From: Octopus sinensis
Taxonomy: Eukaryota
Length of the DNA stretch: 64,000 bases
Direction: 5' to 3'
Assembly (NCBI RefSeq): GCF_006345805.1
Contig: NC_043008.1
Location: forward strand, 70,866,001-70,930,000
The translations under genes were made by a program, and so were the position numbers. The notes beneath the pieces were generated by a model, which searched no databases, had not been told where the DNA came from, and saw only the letters and a program-made list of their open reading frames with translations. Numbering within the stretch: the stretch's first letter is position 1; each line of letters begins with the position of its first letter. Shown piece after piece: positions 55,337-64,000 of the stretch.

Positions 55337-56827
55337 AGATAGATTTATCCCTCAGCTCAGAACGAAAATCTCGCTTGACTTATAGTCAAAAGTAATTAGA
55401 TGGTTTCTGAATATCAATGATAAGGTCATTGTTAATTTTCTGCAGTTCCATATTGATAGCCACTACTTTTTCTCCCCTCTTTAATTCTAAATAAAGTGCA
55501 GACCTAAAACGCTAATATCTCAGGAAAACGACGTAGACATTATACCTGCGGTTTGAGGAACTATTACTAAGTTTAACGGTAAGCTTTAGAGAAGAACCAG
55601 ACAAAATAACTTCGATAACACCATGGGATCTAATGACTACATAATTCACATGTTTTGTGGGAATAGCCTTGCTATACTATATTAAAGATGAATGTCAGTG
55701 GCGGGAAGGTGGTCTGTATAGGGTCCACACGTTGTTCATAATCTGAAATTATAATTATGCTACCCACGAGAGAATTAAGATAAAACTTAAAAGCACTATA
55801 AAAATAGAGGTTTGTCTGTTATTTTTAATGAAATCTGTAAAATAGCTAACTTCCTAGATACTACTCTAGAACACAACACATGTATTTTCAAGCCTTTCCC
55901 TAAACCAAACGGGCATATACATATGTTAATCGACTTTCGAATGATCCTAGCACTGTTATATCTTTCGTGACAAACTGGGTCTCCTACTGTATCCGCATGA
56001 TGTCAGTTAATATAGACATCTTCAACCAGAATGCTCGTTACTATAACACCGCTCTAAGACCAGTTATAAATGTATATACTCCACCTTCCAAACGGTTATA
56101 ATATTCCTAATTGTATGAGTTCAGCAAGATCACATGCTGGACGCCTTACTCGTTTAATACTAATTCTTGCAATTGTATATACGCACGCACATACAGTGAC
56201 ACCACTCACACACATACACATATGCAAGTGAGTGAACAAACTCACCACATGTTGTTGGAAATAGAATTAGTGAGTAACAAGCTGACTTTACCCCTTATGA
56301 TATTTAAATATGAATTTCTGTGGATGTGAAATCACGTTCGGCTTCTCACAAACTCCGAGGTGACTGGACGTTCATCTAAAAGTACAAAACTTCAAACAGC
56401 ATAAGGAGCAACTTTTCAATTCTGCTTGTAGGATTATATATCATGTGTATATATGTCAAGCAAAGAGAATTGACATGTATATATATATATATATACTAGC
56501 AGTAAAACTCATTGTTGTTCGGGTAATTACTTTTACTGTTTATCGGGAGCCACATTAACAGTATTATTATATGTATAATTTACCCCTCCTGTATGTGTGT
56601 ATTTTTAGAAGAAAAAAACCATGTAATAATTGAAGTAGAAGAAAGATCAATATCATACATGATCTTGTGTTTGTTTATAATATGACAATAATAAATGAGC
56701 TGTATGTGTTATTTTATTTATCTATACAGTAATGGCAATAATATAATACTTTTATAAGAGAAAAACATGTAATAATTGAAGTAGGGAAGAGATCATTTTT
56801 ATACATTAAGTTCCGTCTGTTTATTAC

Positions 56828-56860
<33 letters not shown>

Positions 56861-56904
56861 TAATAATAATAATAATAAATAATAGTAATAAGTGACAGTG
56901 ATAG

Positions 56905-56950
56905 AAAGAGACAGAAAGTGAAAGAAAGAGATTAACAGAGAGTGATTGAC

Positions 56951-56986
<36 letters not shown>

Positions 56987-57093
56987 CGAGAGGCGACGGA
57001 AGAAGAGAGATACGTAAAGAGAGAGAGAGACAGAAAGAGAGAGCGAGAGGCGACGGAAGAAGAGAGATACGTAAAGAGAGGGAGAGAGAGAGG

Positions 57094-57137
<44 letters not shown>

Positions 57138-57480
57138 AGAAAAGAGAAAGAATGAGAGACAAAGAGAGACAGGAAGAGAGCGCGATAGACGACGGAAGGA
57201 GCGAGACATAAAGAGAGAGAGAGAGAGAGACAGAGACAGACAGAGGGAGGGTGAAAGAAAGAAAGAAAGACAAAGAGAGAAAGGAAAAGGAAAGATAGAA
57301 CGGAGAGGGAAAAAGAGAGTGAGAAAGAAAGAGAGAGAAATAAGGAAGCAAGAAAGTGAGAGAGGGTTAAGAAGGAGAAAGAAAGATGGAAAATAAACTG
57401 ATAGAGAGATACAGACAGAAAGAGAGATAGATAGAGACAGAATGAGAGAGAGAGAGAGAGAGAGCCAGACAGAGAGGATG
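56905..57480. repeat. Long (GA)-rich polypurine tract with an internal 57-bp tandem duplication
   Basis: gagcgagaggcgacggaagaagagagatacgtaaagag occurs twice. Confidence 0.9.
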
Positions 57481-58339
57481 CTCATGGTATTAAATAACTG
57501 AAACATGAATATACATACATATATGTATGCGTTCTTTTATTCTTGTTTCGGTATTTTGAGAGAGAAATGTAACGTTTGATGTGTGTGTGTGTGTGTGCTG
57601 TTTTAGTGAGGGAAGGGGAGAGAGAAATTAAGGAATTTTGAAATTGAAATTAAGTAATTAGAATTTAAAAAGATGTATAAAAATTACATATTTAATTTCA
57701 TTTCTGTTTACTTATGACAAAATTATTTACATTCCTAGTGGTTTGAAATGATGTATATCATGTTTCATTGTTCAGTAAATACTAACAAAAGTCACTTACT
57801 AGCAAAATATTTTATGAAGTGACTTACTAATAAAATAATTTATGAAGTTTAATTAAAGATGGCGATAATTTCAGTCTAGCGGAACATCAGGGAATATTTT
57901 TTTTCTTATTTTATCATTGAATGTCACTAGTATTTCTTCATACACCGGCGCACGCACATATATACCTCTGTATCCGTAATTATTTGCATTCAATGAATAT
58001 AAATTGCACAATCAAATATGTTGTTTCTTTAAATTGACTGACTGTAGACATAAATGGAATTCATGTGACATTCCTGGAGTCATATGATTTGTCCTAACAG
58101 AATTTCATGCGCTGTTGTCAGGCTGTTCGTAGTAAAACATGCATCGAGACTGTAAAATCTGTTTATCTGGTATCTCGCATAAATTAACCAAACTGGATGT
58201 GCACATCTTTCCAATATGATGAATTTTTCAGCAATTACGGATGTTGTACCGCAAAATAAGCAATATGAACACAAACACACACACACACACACTCACACAC
58301 CCGTATATAAATACACCTGGCTATCTATTTGTACTTGTC

Positions 58340-58660
58340 TATATTCTTTTACTTTTTAATTCTTTTACTTGTTTCAGTCATTTGACTGCGGCCACGCAGG
58401 AGCACCGCCTTAAAGGGATTTTAGCCGAAAAAATTCATCCCAGGACTTATTCTTTGTAAGCCTAATACTTATTCTATCGGTTTCTTTTGCCGAACTGCTA
58501 TGTTACAAAGACCCAAGCACATCAGCGTCGGTTGCCACGTGGTGGTTGGGGGGTAACACAGACGCACACACAAACATAAATACACACAGACTCACACACA
58601 CATGTACACACACATATACATCGGGCTTCTTTGAGTTTCCGTCCATAAACTCTTCTCACA
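58340..58660 (-). mobile_element. SINE family A, 5'-truncated
   Basis: ttttacttgtttcagtcatttgactgcggcc..gggcttctttgagtttccgtc. Confidence 0.85.
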
Positions 58661-58876
58661 AATATATACATAAATTTATAAATACATATAGTACACACAC
58701 ACACTCACACACACACGTGCACTCACGCGCATGCGCCCATGCTCACACATACACACACACACATATACTTAAAGAAAGTCCGAAAAATTATCTGTATAAC
58801 TCTCACACTTCAAATTGAAAGGGTGATATATAGACACGCTTTCTATGTAAATGTTTCATTATTTCTGTATGTCTTG

Positions 58877-59012
58877 GGAAGGAAATATATCTTACAGTGT
58901 ATCTGGCAAGGAAATATATATTACAGTGTATCTGGCAAGGAAATATATATTACAGTGTATCTGGCAAGGAAATATATGTTACAGTGTATCTGGGAAGGAA
59001 ATATATGTTGCA
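58877..59012. repeat. 29-bp minisatellite, ~4.7 copies
   Basis: Unit ttacagtgtatctggcaaggaaatatata. Confidence 0.92.
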
Positions 59013-59069
59013 TTGTAGTACGTTATTCCATTTCAGGTGTTCCAATGGCCTATTTGAAATTGTCTGATC

Positions 59070-59260
59070 ATGTGGTCAGTATATAGCTTATTCTGCTGTA
59101 CTGACATTGCGCAAGAAATTTACACACACATAAATATAGTTTTGCTTATTTGCATATCGCATTGGGATATATATCGGTGAATCTCAACATTGTCAGCAAG
59201 CCTAATAGAATTACTAGCCTAACCGCATGAAAATACACCGTAACATTTTATAGAACAACT
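59070..59260 (+). mobile_element. Possible Penelope GIY-YIG remnant
   Basis: YIGESQ ... LNRMKIHR resembles YIGET...L..RM..HR. Confidence 0.35.
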
Positions 59261-59522
59261 CGTAGTAGAAAGTAGTTCAGGGTTCACCCCACATGAGTTT
59301 AAGATGGAATGTTCTCCTTCACCTAAATTCACCTGGGGTTAATCGACGACGACAATACAGAAATGCCATTTATGAATTGGAGAAATTAGTAACCTCCCAA
59401 CAAAGAAATTAATATAAATATACAGACATACACTTACACATACATACATACACATATACATACATACCTACATACATACCTACATACATACACACATACA
59501 TACATACATACAGATACATATA

Positions 59523-59568
<46 letters not shown>

Positions 59569-59731
59569 CATACATACACACAGACAGACATAAATGCTTA
59601 GAATGGACGTATTTAATAAACGGCGGCACGCGGTGAAAATTCCAGGGGTGAAGTCATTGGTTTTATATATATAGATCTGTGTATATGTATGTGTATGTTT
59701 GTGTGTGTTTATCTGTGAGTGTGTGTGAGAG

Positions 59732-59792
<61 letters not shown>

Positions 59793-59857
59793 TGCGTGTG
59801 CTCGTGTGTGAAATAAGAAAAATGTAGGTAAAAAAGATTTGCAGCTGGGAGGCAAGT

Positions 59858-59941
<84 letters not shown>

Positions 59942-60184
59942 GTGTGTGTGTGTGTGTATTTTTATCCAATCAAACTAATTGTTTGCCTGTATTTGAGATA
60001 TCAAGCTACGTTTTAATTCTTGCAGCGTTGGCTTTCTGTTTACTATATTTTGGTAAACAATAACCGTCTTCTGTATGTCCGTAAATGATATGAATAGCAG
60101 TAAAAACAAGTGCAACAAGAAATATCATATCTACATATATATATATATATGTGTGTGTTCCCCTAACATATGTTCTCTTAACAT

Positions 60185-60367
60185 ATATGTTCCCCCAACA
60201 TCACTTGACAACCAATGCTGGTGTGTTTACGTCCCTTAACTTAGCGGTTCGGCAAAAAACCGATAGAATAAGTACTAGGCTTAAAAATAGTAAGTCCTGG
60301 GGTGAATTTGCTCGACTAATGGCGGTGCACCAGCATGGTAACCGTCAAATGACTGAAGCAAATAAAA

Positions 60368-60370
<3 letters not shown>
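60185..60370 (+). mobile_element. SINE family A, 3' half
   Basis: ttgacaaccaatgctggtgtgtttacgtcc..ccgatagaataagtactagg..cagcatgg..gtcaaatgactga. Confidence 0.85.
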
Positions 60371-60426
<56 letters not shown>

Positions 60427-61315
60427 CACATAATCATATGCACATGCATATATACGATACGTGCTCGCACTCATATGTGTGTATGCGTGTGCGGCCGCGT
60501 GTGTAATGAGACTTGTGTTGATTTTGATTATGTACGTTCTATTTGTGTGTTCAAGTGAGACACATAAGCATTGAAGTATAGTGGAATTAGCAGAATGGTT
60601 CATAGAGCTTTCGTATTACCGTATTAACCCCGAGGCAGGAGCAGCATGATGTTCTTATAATGTGTGCCCTTTTAATGACAGCAACAATGGCTGGCATATT
60701 TCTTTACAAGTAATCCGAAGCATACTTTTACCGATCGAGATCTTATGGTTTCCGACCTTCTTGGAAACAAATGCTTCCTCAATCGGTGTATGACCCCATT
60801 TTTGTAAAGCGACTGAGAATATTTGATAAAATCCGTCCTTGTATAACACCAGTATTTCTTGCATCAAACTTGGGATGATGAATGTCAAAACGATTTTCCT
60901 TTCTGAAACTGAATGTAAACTTGCTGACAAGAATATAATGAAGAAGCTGTGTGAATATGTTACGAAACTTCCTTTGACACGTCATTACAAACTGTGCCTT
61001 TTATCTATAACTAGAACAACACATTTTTGTGAGTTATTAACAACTAAACCTTCTTTATTTGCACGTCATAATAAATTGCATTTTTATCTATACTCACCAG
61101 TGCACACATTTTGTGAATCGTTACTGACTACTGAAGTATGTAAACGTTACTTCACTCTGTTTAACACGACATCAGAAGATTTGTTTTTATCTAAGGCTTC
61201 AAGAACACACTGAAGTTACTATGGGAAGTTACTGACAACTAAACCTGAGAAAAATGCTACTTCACTATTTACCACGTCATCAGGAAGTGCACTATTTGCT
61301 ACGTCATCAAAATTT

Positions 61316-61532
61316 ACGAGGTTGGTTCTGGAAAGTTCATGGCTTTAAGGATATTGCGAAAGGTCTGGTGGGAGACCAAAAAGTTCTGAGTTCTTTTACA
61401 AGGCTTAGAAAGCTGAAGGATCGCTGTAATAAGTGTGTGAACCTGAAAGGTGGATATATTGAACAAAATCGGAATTAACTGATCCGCCTATATCTTCTTT
61501 TACCCCAAACCACTAACTTTTCAGCAACCCCA
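61316..61532 (+). mobile_element. mariner-derived MITE / deletion derivative
   Basis: Left end tacgaggttggttctggaaagtt, right end aacttttcagcaacccc. Internal LRKLKDRCNKCVNLKGGYIEQ matches the mariner C-terminus (KL..RW.KCV...G.Y.E). Confidence 0.75.
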
Positions 61533-63056
61533 CCCACCATATGATTCTCATTTCCAGTTATAAGAGTTCAGAATATGAGGGAGATCACAGATCTATGACT
61601 GCGGTATTATTTTATCGAAGCTTATTGGATGAAAAGCTGATTCGATTTCCGCGAGATTTGAACAAAAAATTGTAAATGAAGGTATCTATAGTAAAGTGCG
61701 AGTACCCAACTAGTTCGCTTTCTCCGGCCATCAGAAATAAATAAGAGAAATTAATGAAGGAAATATAAACTTGTTGAAAATCTATGAGATAATTTAGATA
61801 GGTTATTGTTATGTTCATTGCCATATGAAAACATTTATTATATTCCGTGTAAATTACATTATCGTCTCAAACATTCTGTACCAAGGGATAGAAGATAATT
61901 ATTTTCTGATAACCAATAAAGTTTTCTTGTAAATACGTTGATATTGCAAATAAATTATGTATTGATTTCTGAGTTATGCACGTGGCTAGAAATTTTGATG
62001 GGTGGAAGTAATCGATTAGAGTGACCCTAATATTTCACTTATGCTTAGTGTATCGAAATGCCACAAATCTATAAGCCAGAATTTACATCGGTCATATTTA
62101 AATTTACGATGTAGAACATAACTAAATAGCAAAAGCTATGTTGAATAATGTCCTACCGATTTTAAAATTAGATTAAATTAAATCCTAGTTGATGATTTAA
62201 ACAAAATTGTACGAAAATGACTATCCGTTTCCTTGTTTCTGTTATCAAAATGCAGATTAAAGATAAAGTATATATCAATAGAAACCTTAACCTTATGCCC
62301 GGTGTCACTGGGTGACGCGGGAGTTCAGAAGTTAGATTGGCAAAGACAGAAACGTGTATCTGGTTACACGGAAAATTACACACACACACACATACACACA
62401 CACACACATACACGCACACACATACACATACAAGACGCACACTCACGCAGATGTATATACACATATATATCAATCTACTGAATTATATATATATGTATAT
62501 ATATATATATAAATATATATATATATATCATGAATACACACCTGCACACACACATACACACATATATATATATACATGCATATATAATATATATATATAT
62601 GTGTGTGTGTGTACATATATATAGATAGATACCAGGGCAACATTTTCCATTTTAAGCCAAAATATGCACCTATTTCAATAAAATTATGAAGGTGACTCTG
62701 ATTACTATGCATAAAATGCAAAATATTTAATTTTTTTGTGTATGAGGTAGGCATAATACGCCTCTGCTTTTAACTCTCTGTATTTAAACTACGCATAGTA
62801 CTGCTGCAGTTCACATGCTGCGTACACTCCTACGACACCGTTTTTTTTACGTGCTACAAAAGGAGAAGTAAATCTGCCTTCAAATCAGTCGCACACCCGT
62901 GTTTCTTTTATTTTTGTATGCCGTCTACCCTGAATAATTACTGACGGTACGTACATACATACATACATACACACATACATATATACATACATACACACGT
63001 ACATACAGGCATACACACACACACACGGACACACACACACACATACATATATATAT

Positions 63057-63355
63057 GAGCTCTCTATCGGTTGCGACGACGATGGTCCCTGCTGATACGA
63101 TCAACGGAACAGCTTGCTCGTGAAATTAACGTGCAAGTGGTTGTACACCTCACAAAATGCGTACCCTTAACGTAGTTCCCAGGAAGATTCAGCGTGACAC
63201 AGAGTGTGACAAGGCTGGTCCTTTGAAATACAGGTACTACTCATTTTTGCTAGCTGAGTGAACTGGGGCAATGTGAAAAGGACACAACGCATTGCCGGGA
63301 ATTGAACTTACGATCGTGAACAGAATGCCCTAACCACTAAGCCACGTACCTTCAC
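63057..63355 (-). mobile_element. tRNA-derived SINE family D (Nin-domain-like core)
   Basis: Minus strand GTGAAGGTACGTGGCTTAGTGGTTAGGG A-box, GTTCAATTCC B-box, gcgttgtgtcctt..cagttcactcagct..aatgagtagtacc. Confidence 0.82.
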
Positions 63356-63364
63356 ACACACACA

Positions 63365-63617
63365 TTCCTTTATTCTTTTACTTGTTTTAATCATTTTGAC
63401 TGCGGCCCTGCTGGAGCACTCCCTTAAATGGGTTTTGTCTATGAAATAAACCCCATGATTTATTCTTTTTAGTCCTAGTACTTATTCTATCGGTTTCTTT
63501 TGAGCAACCGCTAAGTTACGGCGATGTAAACACACCAACATTGGTTATGAAGCGATGGCGATCGTACAAAAACAGACTGACAGAAATACATTCATAAATA
63601 TTTACACACACACACAC

Positions 63618-63679
<62 letters not shown>

Positions 63680-63823
63680 GCAGGGGTTTCCTTCAGCTCC
63701 CGATGCTTTGGTCGTCTCAAGACTATAGTAAAGACACTCTTGGGCATGTGTCACGTAGTAGGACTGAAATTGGAGTCATTGTGTTTGGGAAGCAACCTTC
63801 TTACCACACAGCCAAGCTGCGCC
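63365..63823 (-). mobile_element. SINE family A, diverged full-length copy
   Basis: Minus-strand head GGCGCAGCTTGGCTGTGTGG; internal (CA)/(TA) expansion. Confidence 0.87.
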
Positions 63824-63913
63824 TATATATATATATACATGTATGAATATGTATGTGAATATGTGTGCGAGTATGTGTGTATGTGGTGTATGTGTAATGC
63901 GTATATATTTACC

Positions 63914-63951
<38 letters not shown>

Positions 63952-64000
63952 CACACACATAAACACACACACACACATATATTATGTATATATGAGCGTC

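Noticed and set aside
58877-59012. CRISPR-like array (also 50458-50557)
   Set aside because: Head-to-tail units without unique spacers, no cas genes, eukaryotic context.
60617-61310. pogo-like transposase remnant or coding exon (ORFs 60655-, 60839+)
   Set aside because: Only vague similarity to the DDE_1 C-terminus, with no diagnostic motif or paired TIRs.

Overview
AT-rich eukaryotic DNA, intergenic or intronic, with no protein-coding host gene I can support. Almost all ORFs in the track are translations of microsatellites or of decayed transposons. The repeat families look like those of an octopod cephalopod (Octopus-like); this is inference from recognising the families, not a database match. 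Contents: (i) at least four tRNA-derived SINE families in more than 20 full or partial copies; (ii) decayed non-LTR retrotransposons: one CR1/L2-type RT fragment, several R4/Dong-type remnants associated with (TAA)n, RTE-like pieces, and Penelope-like pieces with hammerhead-like motifs; (iii) Tc1/mariner derivatives; (iv) dense (TA)n, (CA)n, (TCTA)n, (TAA)n and (GAA)n tracts plus two minisatellites. The most striking unexplained feature is a 330-bp gap-free imperfect fold-back at 15912-16241 (125 of 160 positions pair, no indels). Other fold-backs include a perfect 280-bp palindrome at 3407-3686, an inverted SINE duplication, an inverted transposon end, and an R4/Dong copy that looks like a twin-priming inversion. 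Coordinates of decayed elements are approximate.
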